A DNA stretch of 64,000 nt. Origin: a virus. The notes under the pieces are model-generated. The model saw nothing but the letters and a program-made list of their open reading frames with translations, did no database searches and was not told the origin of the DNA. Shown in pieces: positions 39,114 through 48,102 of this stretch. The first letter of the stretch is position 1. Every line of letters begins with the position of its first letter. The DNA is taken from IMG/VR virus record IMGVR_UViG_3300045988_098382. One strand, given 5' to 3'. The position numbers and the translations under genes were made by a program.

Positions 39114-39332
39114 TTATTTAACTAATTTATAATCACCAATCTCAAATGCTACTTCTGTAGTATCTAAAGACCAAACTTCAGGAAATACATTGAGACCATC
39201 AAATGAATGACACTCTACTTCTATGCTGTTATTAGTTCTATCTATATTAAGAACTTTAAACCACATAGGTTTCTGACATCCCTTCCACGCTTGAGAAAAG
39301 ATGTCATTTACCTGTAATACTATTTTGCCCAT
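39114..39332 (-). CDS. Hypothetical protein
   Basis: 72-aa ORF. Confidence 0.35.
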   Translation of the reverse strand: MGKIVLQVNDIFSQAWKGCQKPMWFKVLNIDRTNNSIEVECHSFDGLNVFPEVWSLDTTEVAFEIGDYKLVK

Positions 39333-39637
39333 TCTGAATCAATATTGAGAAGTCTGAACACGTATTTAATATTATCTATTATGTCTACCAAACTATCCTG
39401 AGTATTTAAATAAATAGCATAAGCTAAACGAGCCATTTCAGGAGTTTCAAAAACAAGACTGCATACAGTTCCATGATTAGCATTCTCATATTTATCATTA
39501 GGTTTAATGGAATATCCAGGTCCATTCTTCCTAATAGTATACTCTGGACCTCTGTTAAGTCTCTTTTGTAATGCATTATACATTAAGTTTTGTTCTACTG
39601 GACTTAATGAATCAATAATTTTCTTTATATTTTCCAT
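39320..39637 (-). CDS. Hypothetical protein
   Basis: 105-aa ORF. Confidence 0.4.
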   Translation of the reverse strand: MENIKKIIDSLSPVEQNLMYNALQKRLNRGPEYTIRKNGPGYSIKPNDKYENANHGTVCSLVFETPEMARLAYAIYLNTQDSLVDIIDNIKYVFRLLNIDSEWAK

Positions 39638-39729
39638 ATGTTAATGTGTTATTTAATTAAACAATAAAAGAGCCTAACTAGATTAACTAATTAGACTCTT
39701 TAAAAAGAATAATATGATAAAAGAAATAG

Positions 39730-39803
39730 TGGGGAAGTACAGGCTTGAACTGTAGACCTTCTGATTATGAGTCAGCTGCTCTAACCGACTGAGCTACAAC
39801 CCC
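39730..39803 (-). tRNA. tRNA-Met (CAU, elongator-like) with two U-U mismatches in the acceptor stem
   Basis: D-arm GCUC-AGUCGGUUA-GAGC, anticodon loop CUCAUAA, T-arm UACAG-UUCAAGC-CUGUA. Acceptor GGGGUUG vs CUUCCCC has U5-U68 and U6-U67 mispairs. Confidence 0.55.
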
Positions 39804-40007
39804 GAAGATGTGTCTGAGAGTCGTTAATTCTCTCCTCCCTACTTGCTAGCAGAGCGTGCAACTTGCCACTAAGACACACTTTTTTGAGTTTTGTAAGTCC
39901 TCCGACTTATTAAAGTTTTCACATTAATTTTGATAAAAAATTCTACTTTCACAAGCAAAACTCTTTTATTTTTAATAACTTAAAAATTAAAATTTATGAT
40001 AGAAAAG

Positions 40008-40086
40008 GAAATGCGGACAGATTCGAACTGCCAACCTCTGAGTTTTAACCCAGTGCTCTACCGCTATGACTTTGAGCTACACATTT
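40008..40086 (-). tRNA. Noncanonical tRNA-like gene (15-nt D-loop, 6-nt anticodon loop UUAAAA)
   Basis: Acceptor AAAUGUG/CGCAUUU, D-stem GCUC/GAGC, T-arm GGCAG-UUCGAAU-CUGUC. The anticodon region does not form a canonical 7-nt loop. Confidence 0.35.
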
Positions 40087-41066
40087 CTATTTATATTAGT
40101 ATTGCTATATAGCCTTATTTAAAAACTCATACTACTTTCACAAGCAATGTGAGTTATCTTTAGTCACTCTTGACTAGACATAGATAATTACAAGAAATTC
40201 ATTAATTTTCACAAATTAATAAATTAATATGAGTTTAGAAATACTCATAGATACTCAAATAACCATTTTATCATAATGTAGTAGCTCAGACAAGAATCGA
40301 ACTTGCACGACCATTCCTGGTCAAGGGATTTTCCTACCACACTTGCTTTTATACAAGCTAACTTACAACCGTGCTCTTATTATTTACACCATTATCAATC
40401 CCCGAAGGATTAGCGTGAGAATTTAATCTACTGCTGTAAGTTATTGTGGTCTGGACTATTTCTTTACCATATTAGAAATGTTGCAACTTTCAAAACAGTA
40501 ATCTCTAATGTGCTTTCTCACATTACGTGAATCTTTATAGACTTCATAAGTATGTATTGAAATTTCTAACTTAGGTATCTCCTATATAGTCTCTACACAT
40601 TTATGAATACACAAATATAGAAAATTTTGTATTTAAACTTACTAATATCTTTTGCCTAGTCTCGGAAGATACTAATCATTTTCTATACGTACTTTGCATA
40701 TCCAATTTAGCTCGTCATCACCAAAACCTATGTCACCATAGGTGAGGCTTCTGTCGCAACTTGTATAAGTTGTTTAATTAGGGAGATTCTACTTCTATTG
40801 TTTCCAATAGAGCACTCAAAACTATGAAACATTTAATGAATAAGTCCCTCGTGTCTACCAATTCCACCACTGAGCCAGATTGCAACTAATTATCTGCTAG
40901 TTGCCAACAATATTTGGGAAAAACCAACATATCGTTATAAAGTTATATGCGTTCAACATCATAATCAAATCCGGATGTGTTGAGGTCTTCCATTAACCAA
41001 AATGGGTCATCCAATACATAATCATCCGGAACTTCTACTGTTACTTTTAATACTATTTTCTTCATA

Positions 41067-41426
41067 TTATAATTGTTTTAACATATTTGTAGCTACGTGT
41101 AATGAAATATCCACAGTTGTATGAATATCATCATTTAACTTTAAGATATATGTATTATTTTCATCATTCTTTCTAGTTATTTCAGATATGTATTTATGAT
41201 TTATTAAAAATCCTTGTGTTGCAAGAATAAAATCAATACATAAAACACGTGAAATATTTTTCAATGAACAGCATACAATAATACCATTGCCATGAACATC
41301 TATTATAGTACTATATTTACCAGATGTTTTTATACATACAATGTCATTTATGTTTATCTGTTTGTATTCTCGTCCCTTAAACACTAAAAATGTATCGGAG
41401 TCAATTTGTATTGTTTTTATTTCCAT
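41067..41426 (-). CDS. Hypothetical protein
   Basis: 119-aa ORF. Confidence 0.4.
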   Translation of the reverse strand: MEIKTIQIDSDTFLVFKGREYKQININDIVCIKTSGKYSTIIDVHGNGIIVCCSLKNISRVLCIDFILATQGFLINHKYISEITRKNDENNTYILKLNDDIHTTVDISLHVATNMLKQL

Positions 41427-41604
41427 TATTTATGCAATGTTTTAAAAGTCTATTAAGTGTTACTTCAGATTCTTCATAGAACTGATCTCCTTCAATAGTT
41501 ACGCCAAATGCCCATAGTAATTGATGAAATCTCATATCAGGATATTCTTGAGCTTTTGCTCTAATTATATCAAGAATCTTTAGATTATACTCTTGTCTAT
41601 TCAT
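41401..41604 (-). CDS. Hypothetical protein
   Basis: 67-aa ORF. Confidence 0.35.
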   Translation of the reverse strand: MNRQEYNLKILDIIRAKAQEYPDMRFHQLLWAFGVTIEGDQFYEESEVTLNRLLKHCINNGNKNNTN

Positions 41605-41615
41605 ACTCCTATTAA

Positions 41616-42005
41616 TTAGCCCATAATAAAACGAGCACTTATAATATTTTCAGGATGATGAATAGTTTTAGTTAATCCTTTCATCGCCCATTTCACAACA
41701 TCAGAATGTTTAACTCCACTTTTAAGTTCATGGTAAAACATTAAATCATAAGCTTCTCCACTTTTAAAAGTTACTTTGATTTTAAATGTAGGCTTTTCAT
41801 CATTTCTAATAAGTTCATTCATTTCTTCATCAGTTACCATGTAACTGAACAGAGGATTAGAAAGATGTTCTTCTTTGTACTTTTTTTCAAGTTCAGCTAA
41901 GTTTAACTTTGCACACTTGAGTACATTTTTACAACCAAATTTCTTAGCACTTTCTATTTGTGCTATTAAATTGGTTTTACTAACAAAATAATCTTGTCTT
42001 GTCAT
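41616..42005 (-). CDS. Hypothetical protein
   Basis: 129-aa ORF. Confidence 0.4.
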   Translation of the reverse strand: MTRQDYFVSKTNLIAQIESAKKFGCKNVLKCAKLNLAELEKKYKEEHLSNPLFSYMVTDEEMNELIRNDEKPTFKIKVTFKSGEAYDLMFYHELKSGVKHSDVVKWAMKGLTKTIHHPENIISARFIMG

Positions 42006-42299
42006 AATTTATCTATAATTAATGTGTTAATAATCTATTTAAATAATAGGCGATTTTCACTGGTTATATTTAAACTATTCCATTGTCCTCAGCTATCTAA
42101 CGTTCTTTTTCTTTTTAACCCAAATGATTAATTTTAAGGTAATTACGCTATTTAATAGAGTTACTGAGAGTTGTTTAGTACCTATTAAAATTGTCAGGTG
42201 TAGAGATTCGAACTCCTTAGGCTTATTCCCGTACGAGCTATTCACCAATCTAACCCCTCGTAGATGACGGTTCCCACACCGTAAGTCACCTGTTAGATT

Positions 42300-43029
42300 C
42301 TTAGTTAGAATCTTTTAAGAATAATACTAATTCTTTTTTAGTACATGGTATTTCATATTTTTTACACCATTTTCGGATTGTAGTATCTGACACATTATAA
42401 AATTTACCTACAGCAACAAATGATTTTAACTCTTTAAATTTATTTATAAAATCCTATTTAGCTGGTAAGTCTACTTTTTGTGCCATTTTAGCAGCACATT
42501 TAGGACAATATCTAGCAGCTTTTGTTTTCTTTTCTGCTCCACATAATTCACAAAAATATTTTGCAGCTTTGTTTGCTTGTCCACAATAGTTATCTGTTTG
42601 TGAATGACAATTTGGGCATAGCATTTGTAAATTCTCTAACCTATTGTCTCTATTATCGCCGTTAATATGATGTAGCTAACATATTAAAGGATTATCTAAC
42701 CAATATCCATTCTTACAAGGGCACTTAGGATTCTCACACTCATTCTTTTTAAGACCCTCTTTAATTAACTTTTCTTTTAATTTAGTGGTATGAATATATT
42801 TTCCAGTACCTAAATATTCTTTTACTGGGACATAATTCTCAATTCCTTTTTTACTCTTTGCTCCATAAGTAAAATGAGAGTAATCTATATTATACTCTTC
42901 TAATCTTTTTCTTAATGTAGCAGTATTATTACCTGCTCTAGGTATATTTAGTTTTTCTAATACCTAAGATAATGAATCACAGTCTGCAATAACTGATTCA
43001 ATTCTTTCTTTTGACCAATCATACTTCAT
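42300..43029 (-). CDS. HNH homing endonuclease requiring read-through of three in-frame TAG codons (recoded)
   Basis: Hand translation from ATG at 43029: MKYDWSKERIESVIADCDSLS[TAG]VLEKLNIPRAGNN...NPLIC[TAG]LHHINGDNRDNRLENLQMLCPNCHSQTDNYCGQ...AKMAQKVDLPAK[TAG]DFINKF...ends TAA. Contains the canonical HNH motif. No TAA/TGA in frame. Absent from the standard-code ORF track. Confidence 0.65.
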
Positions 43030-43415
43030 ATTACATATTCTTAAAATTAGAAGGATATAGAGGAGTTAAACCTCTTCTTTTGGGGTCAAATCCCAACGTG
43101 ACTGTCGTTACACCAATATCCCTTGTATCTAATAGATAGCACTGTAGTGCTACCATTACACCATAGCCCATTATTAAAACTTTCTATCTTCACAGACCGA
43201 AAGTTTTCTAACTCTTTAACGTTTTTACAATCCGCTGATTGTAATATAATAATTCAAACAATTTCTATGAATTAGTAGCACTAGCGATACTCGAAATCGC
43301 CTTTGGATCTTGAAAGAATCCCGTCCTGACCAGCTAGACGATAGTGCCAAGTAGATTCTCTATCTATCACAGACTAAGAATTCCAAGAAAAAGTAATATT
43401 AAGATAAATTCCATG

Positions 43416-43489
43416 CGCACCCTGTAGGATTCGAACCTACGACTTTCTGACTAATAGCCAGACGTTCTAACCAACTGAACTAAGAGTAC
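43416..43489 (-). tRNA. tRNA with unusual anticodon loop CUAUUAG (formal anticodon AUU; a 1-nt register shift would give UUA)
   Basis: Acceptor GUACUCU/AGGGUGC (two G-U). D GUUC/GAAC. Anticodon stem UCUGG/UCAGA. T-arm GUAGG-UUCGAAU-CCUAC. Confidence 0.5.
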
Positions 43490-43561
43490 AAATCTCTACC
43501 TATTTATCGCAAACCGGTAGAGTACCAATTTAAAACGAATATTCTTTTAAGAGAAGTTGTG

Positions 43562-43634
43562 TTCCCTACGAGATTCGGACTCGTGACCCACAGATTAAAA
43601 ATCTGTTGCTCTACCAACTGAGCTAAGAGAACTA
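43562..43634 (-). tRNA. tRNA-Lys (UUU)
   Basis: Acceptor GUUCUCU/AGGGAAC. D GCUC/GAGC. Anticodon stem ACAGA/UCUGU, loop UUUUUAA. T-arm ACGAG-UCCGAAU-CUCGU. Confidence 0.85.
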
Positions 43635-43641
43635 ATATGCA

Positions 43642-43729
43642 CACGGAGTAGGATTCGAACCCACGCTGTTCAACTTTCGTCTCTATAGGTTTTGGAGACC
43701 TACCCTTTCGACCACTCAGGCATCCGTAT
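43642..43729 (-). tRNA. Class-II-like tRNA (Tyr/Ser-like D-arm, ~20-nt variable arm) carrying anticodon CCA
   Basis: Acceptor AUACGGA/UCCGUGU. D-region CCUGAGUGGUCGAAAGGG. Anticodon stem UAGGU/ACCUA, loop CUCCAAA. T-arm GUGGG-UUCGAAU-CCUAC. Confidence 0.45.
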
Positions 43730-43733
43730 ATAG

Positions 43734-43805
43734 TGGAGATACGTGGAATCGAACCACAATCTCGGGATTTTCAGTCCCGCGCTCTGACCTTCTAAGCTAT
43801 ATCTC
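43734..43805 (-). tRNA. tRNA-Phe (GAA)
   Basis: Acceptor GGAGAUA/UAUCUCC perfect. Anticodon stem CGGGA/UCCCG, loop CUGAAAA. T-arm UGUGG-UUCGAUU-CCACG. Confidence 0.85.
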
Positions 43806-43904
43806 CGTATCCCACATTTCTTTAAGGAGAATAGTGGTAACACCTACCTATACTAATAGATTTATTAGTCAGGATTATTATACACATTAACAATATATCA
43901 AATT

Positions 43905-43990
43905 GAATTTGTACGGTAGAAAGGATTCGAACCAATGACCTTCTCGAAATGACCTATTATAAAAAGAGATGCTCTAACCACTGAGCTACT
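43905..43990 (-). ncRNA. tRNA-like gene with perfect acceptor and D-arm but a 4-bp anticodon stem enclosing a 20-nt loop and a degenerate T-stem
   Basis: Acceptor ACGGUAG/CUACCGU. D GCUC-AGUGGUUA-GAGC. UCUC-(20 nt)-GAGA. T region UGGUUCGAAUCCUUU. Same architecture as 44426..44506. Confidence 0.35.
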
Positions 43991-44050
43991 ACCGTAAGTA
44001 CTAGTTTATATCGGAAAACTAGTAAAACGTTAACACATTATTATGGAAAC

Positions 44051-44410
44051 TTAAAAGCCAAATAAATATATTACATCTTTAGATGGACTAAGACTTATAT
44101 ATGGAATATTATTTTCTTCAGTAATTGTAACGATATAATATTTATTAGTATTAATATCTTTACACATATGATATTCCATATCTCCTTGTCTTTTAGAAGA
44201 AGTAATCTTTAATACCATCTTACCCCATTTATTATTACTAAAAGTAATAGTTTTTCTAGATTCATTATAAACTACTGAGGTTTTAATGTAAAATGGGGCA
44301 CTCCATTCACCATCTTTATAAACAGTGATAGAACCATAATTAAACGCATGAGCTATTGTAGTTAATACAATAAAACTCATTAATAAAATAATCTTTTTCA
44401 TATTACTCAA
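44051..44410 (-). CDS. Secreted hypothetical protein
   Basis: Signal peptide MSNMKKIILLMSFIVLTTIAHA. Confidence 0.45.
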   Translation of the reverse strand: MSNMKKIILLMSFIVLTTIAHAFNYGSITVYKDGEWSAPFYIKTSVVYNESRKTITFSNNKWGKMVLKITSSKRQGDMEYHMCKDINTNKYYIVTITEENNIPYISLSPSKDVIYLFGF

Positions 44411-44425
44411 TCTTTTTAATATTAG

Positions 44426-44506
44426 TACGGAGTAAAGGATTCGAACCAGTATAACCTCTCTATGAATTGTGGAAGTGAGGTGCTCTAGCCATTAAGCTAA
44501 CTCCGC
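44426..44506 (-). ncRNA. tRNA-like gene, paralog of 43905..43990 (20-nt expanded anticodon region)
   Basis: Acceptor GCGGAGU/ACUCCGU. D GCUU-AAUGGCUA-GAGC. CCUC-(20 nt)-GAGG. T region UGGUUCGAAUCCUUU. Confidence 0.35.
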
Positions 44507-44511
44507 ATATG

Positions 44512-44584
44512 TGGTCCTGGTGAGAATCTAACTCACGACCCGGATTTTAGAAGAATCCTGCTCTATACACTGAGCTACAGGACC
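44512..44584 (-). tRNA. tRNA-Arg (UCU) with noncanonical T-loop UUAGAUU
   Basis: Acceptor GGUCCUG/CAGGACC perfect. D GCUC/GAGC. Anticodon stem GGAUU/AAUCC, loop CUUCUAA. T-stem GUGAG/CUCAC. Confidence 0.75.
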
Positions 44585-44637
44585 AAGTGCAACTAATTAT
44601 CTGCTAGTTGCCAACAATATATATGAACTTTACAGAA

Positions 44638-44901
44638 TTACTCTATTATTTCAGTTTCAGATATACACCATTTACCATTAATTTTAATGGCTTCTATCTG
44701 TTTATTATTTACTGTCTCAAGAGATACTTTATTTTCTAAAGTTCTATTGAGCGAAATAATGTATTTGTTAGCCTCTTCTTCAGAATTGACTACACGAGAC
44801 TGAATGCTATTGTTAATAACATTATATATCTTTCTTAAAACTTTCATAATTATAATTTTTATAAAGTTATTAATATATAGAGCATTGTTTCTCAACAACA
44901 C
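44638..44901 (-). CDS. Hypothetical protein
   Basis: 87-aa ORF. Confidence 0.4.
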   Translation of the reverse strand: MLLRNNALYINNFIKIIIMKVLRKIYNVINNSIQSRVVNSEEEANKYIISLNRTLENKVSLETVNNKQIEAIKINGKWCISETEIIE

Positions 44902-45016
44902 TCTACTATAGTTTCAAATATCCATTGTAAAAGTAAAAATTTGTTAATTTCAAATTTTATAGTTTAAATCATCATATTTTGCAAATTTTAAACTTTAATA
45001 CAATACAAAGACAATT

Positions 45017-45565
45017 TTATAGTATGTCCGTAACATCCACATCATCATCTCCTGGGTCTGGATAATCTCCAATATCACATGTTGTATCATCCTCATTATA
45101 TTTTGAATAATAAGCAATGTGATTTAACTTATCAATAATATTGTTTACTTTAGCTAATCTATTATAAGTAGAATCTAAAGCTTGATTCAAAGCATTTGCA
45201 ATAACTTTACACATAGTATGCATAGCTTTATCTCTTACAATTCGATTAGCTACTACCTGGTCGTCCTTATCATTTTTACTTAAAGTAATTTTAGCAACGA
45301 CTGTTACAGTAGAATTATCAACAGTAAGTCCCCAAGAAGCGAGGTTTTTAATGAAAATCTTTCTTTCTTTAGAAGTTGCAATTTTTAGGAATACCGAAGT
45401 ATTAGCACTTGAAACTTTTATATTAGCTCCTTCTAAGTGATCCATTATGTACTCTAAATCACAAGACATAGTACAAAACGTACTGTTACCAACTCTCTCA
45501 ATGCTGTACTTTACTTTTTTAATTGTCTGCATTTTCTTTCGTTTTAGATTGTTTGAATAATTCAA
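45017..45565 (-). CDS. Hypothetical protein with acidic C-terminus
   Basis: 182-aa ORF. Confidence 0.45.
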   Translation of the reverse strand: MNYSNNLKRKKMQTIKKVKYSIERVGNSTFCTMSCDLEYIMDHLEGANIKVSSANTSVFLKIATSKERKIFIKNLASWGLTVDNSTVTVVAKITLSKNDKDDQVVANRIVRDKAMHTMCKVIANALNQALDSTYNRLAKVNNIIDKLNHIAYYSKYNEDDTTCDIGDYPDPGDDDVDVTDIL

Positions 45566-45914
45566 TGATGCCTTTTAAAGCATATTCTGGAACATTACCA
45601 CAAAGACATCCACCATTTACATACAGTTTAATATTACCATAAGCAAATTTAGTAATCTCAAGATTTCCTTCAGCACCATCAGATTCATTCTCTAACCATA
45701 CTGGAAAATCTTTCCACTCATCTACAGTTAACGATTCATCAATAACTGAATGTTCTTCAATAGTTGGTTTCAGAGCTTTAAAATGCTTTAAGACTAAAGT
45801 CTTATGCTTTGAATCAGCAAACTTTAGTTTCTTTGGCTTCTTGCTAAGAAAGAAGTAGTCTTCACCAATCTTAGCCACAACATTTTTTTGTTTAACATTA
45901 AATAATAATTCCAT
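45519..45914 (-). CDS. Hypothetical protein
   Basis: 131-aa ORF. Confidence 0.4.
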   Translation of the reverse strand: MELLFNVKQKNVVAKIGEDYFFLSKKPKKLKFADSKHKTLVLKHFKALKPTIEEHSVIDESLTVDEWKDFPVWLENESDGAEGNLEITKFAYGNIKLYVNGGCLCGNVPEYALKGIIELFKQSKTKENADN

Positions 45915-45925
45915 AATTTTTAAAA

Positions 45926-46324
45926 TTAATAGTTATATTTATTTAGTTCAAGATTAACTTCAGAAATTAATCTAGATTTATATGTAGCTAATGCTGTTTT
46001 ATAAGTTTCAGAATCAGCTTCATAATGACCTTCGATATATTCTAAAGTTCCTTCTTTGAACATTACAGTTTTAGATGATAATTTATCTAATAGAAATATT
46101 ATTCCATCAGATGTCAAAGATTTACCTACAGTAAATCCTTTACTATACATATTAATATGTATATACAAACAGTCGTAGAGACTTAAAGCATTGTTTATAT
46201 TGCTTTTTATATCTCTTAGTTGGTCAAGTTTTATTTGTTTTACTATTCTATTATGACCAGCAATAGTCCAAATCACGCATAGAATAAAAGCGAGTATAGC
46301 AATTCCTATTAAACTTTCATCCAT
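45926..46324 (-). CDS. Hypothetical N-terminal-TM protein
   Basis: 132 aa; IGIAILAFILCVIWTIAG TM. Confidence 0.4.
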   Translation of the reverse strand: MDESLIGIAILAFILCVIWTIAGHNRIVKQIKLDQLRDIKSNINNALSLYDCLYIHINMYSKGFTVGKSLTSDGIIFLLDKLSSKTVMFKEGTLEYIEGHYEADSETYKTALATYKSRLISEVNLELNKYNY

Positions 46325-46676
46325 ATATTCTTGGTTCTGTATTAATGTTTTTAAAACTCATATATTGGTAAAGCCATTTAACATTATTTACAATAAAAGT
46401 GTTACCTTTTATATCTGTAAATAATATTTTCTTGTACTTATCCATAATTAGTCCTGATAACACTAGTAAAGGATTTCTAATATATACTGCAAACGTTCCT
46501 CCTTTCACACTTTCTCCAGAAATAGTTCTTAATGTATTATTAAGATATTGATATTTCTTGTTAAAAGCATTAGCATAGTTAGAATGTGCAGTTTTAGAAA
46601 TATTGTACTCTGCATCAATTTGTGCTGAGAGCATTATTACTAATTCTCCCAACGTATTGTGATCCATTTTTACCAT
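46317..46676 (-). CDS. Hypothetical protein
   Basis: 119-aa ORF. Confidence 0.4.
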   Translation of the reverse strand: MVKMDHNTLGELVIMLSAQIDAEYNISKTAHSNYANAFNKKYQYLNNTLRTISGESVKGGTFAVYIRNPLLVLSGLIMDKYKKILFTDIKGNTFIVNNVKWLYQYMSFKNINTEPRIYG

Positions 46677-47209
46677 TGATAAATTCCTCCCAAAGATAAT
46701 TGTGCTTGTAATATTTCTAAGTCACTTTTAATTGGAAGTTCTTTACCATGAATAGCTTTGTACTCTTTACTTACTTGTGCAATAGTTTTCTTTTTAGAAA
46801 AAACTAATGCTGTAATCTTAATAATGTCTTTTGTTTCCATTTTTTTTTAACTATTTAATTATTAATAATGTGCCATCACCTTTCTCATTTAAGAGTCTGC
46901 TACTTTGGATATGCAGGATGTAGGTTTACACTAGAGCCCTATCTGTCACAGACTGAACTCTAATATTTGTCTTTGTAATCTATTGTGCTTATGTACATAA
47001 TAGATTACTAAAGTAACTAGCCCTATCTATCACAGACCGAACTAGCGAAAATGATCTAAACTGTATATTGTTGATAACTATTTTATTTTAAAAATACATA
47101 AGTCTTGTCTTATGATTAACCAATTTACTTTCCAAGATGCCAACTATTTATTATACTCTATAGTACTAGAGTGCAGCTTAATCCTTTTGTATTAATAATA
47201 TGACAATTA

Positions 47210-47584
47210 CTAATACACTATACTTCTTAAAGATTCGTAACCTTCATATATTGGAAATTCCGAATTAAGAGTAATCTTAATAAATACTCTATCATCAATA
47301 GTTACAAGTCCTACAGTTTTAATATTGCGATTACAATTATCAAAACTAGTACAAATAACTGTATTAGAGGTAAAATCTGTTACACCTTTAAAACCCATAT
47401 CAACAAGAACTTTACATATAGGTGTTAAGTAATAAATACTACCTTCCTTGATAACACAAGAAGAAAATGGAATTACTCTATCACCAATGTGATAAGTTCT
47501 AGTATCACGATCTATTGTGAGAGCCTTACCTGCAAGACTCTCACAACCTGATACAATTTTTTTATTTAAGTTCTCTGTATTCAT
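47210..47584 (-). CDS. Hypothetical protein
   Basis: 124-aa ORF. Confidence 0.4.
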   Translation of the reverse strand: MNTENLNKKIVSGCESLAGKALTIDRDTRTYHIGDRVIPFSSCVIKEGSIYYLTPICKVLVDMGFKGVTDFTSNTVICTSFDNCNRNIKTVGLVTIDDRVFIKITLNSEFPIYEGYESLRSIVY

Positions 47585-48020
47585 CGATTACGTCAATTAA
47601 GTCCTGGAATGTATATTTTCCAATATCTGATTTATCTTCAACCAAATAAAGAGCTTTAGCGATTTGTTTAAGCTCAAATTTAGTTAACTCACCCAACTTG
47701 TACTGCTCAATTTTTTTAACTAGCACTCGCATAGTGTCATAAGCATTGTAAGAGAAAGTATGTTCTCCGCCAGATTTTCTAGTATATGTAATATATTTAC
47801 TATCACAATACTTTATATCATCATGGTTAATAAGACCATTAGCACAAGCATCCATTTGAGCTTTCAAAGCTTCTACTATAACATTAGTATAAGCCTCAAA
47901 TACTTTCTCTGCAAACTCTTTGAAATCTTTTTTTGATGGAGTTTCAGAGAATGCTACTTTCTTAAAAGGAATAGTCACAGAAATTGTGTATTCCTTTTCA
48001 TTTTGTATTACATTTATCAT
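47562..48020 (-). CDS. Hypothetical protein
   Basis: 152-aa ORF. Confidence 0.4.
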   Translation of the reverse strand: MINVIQNEKEYTISVTIPFKKVAFSETPSKKDFKEFAEKVFEAYTNVIVEALKAQMDACANGLINHDDIKYCDSKYITYTRKSGGEHTFSYNAYDTMRVLVKKIEQYKLGELTKFELKQIAKALYLVEDKSDIGKYTFQDLIDVIDEYRELK

Positions 48021-48102
48021 GAATTCATTTCTTTAAAATCATCATACGCTATTTTACCCATTCCTACAAGTAGGACAATTAAAATAATATTTTGTAAGAG
48101 TA

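Noticed and set aside
40262-40370. T-arm-like sequence (GCAAG-UUCGAUU-CUUGU) suggesting another tRNA
   Set aside because: No acceptable D-arm or anticodon arm could be built. Left uncalled as a possible tRNA fragment or pseudogene.
39640-44640. CRISPR array or other spacer-repeat structure in the ORF-poor 5 kb
   Set aside because: No regularly spaced direct repeats. The ORF-free space is accounted for by tRNA genes, tRNA-like sequences, the recoded HNH gene and the 34-bp/20-bp regulatory repeats.
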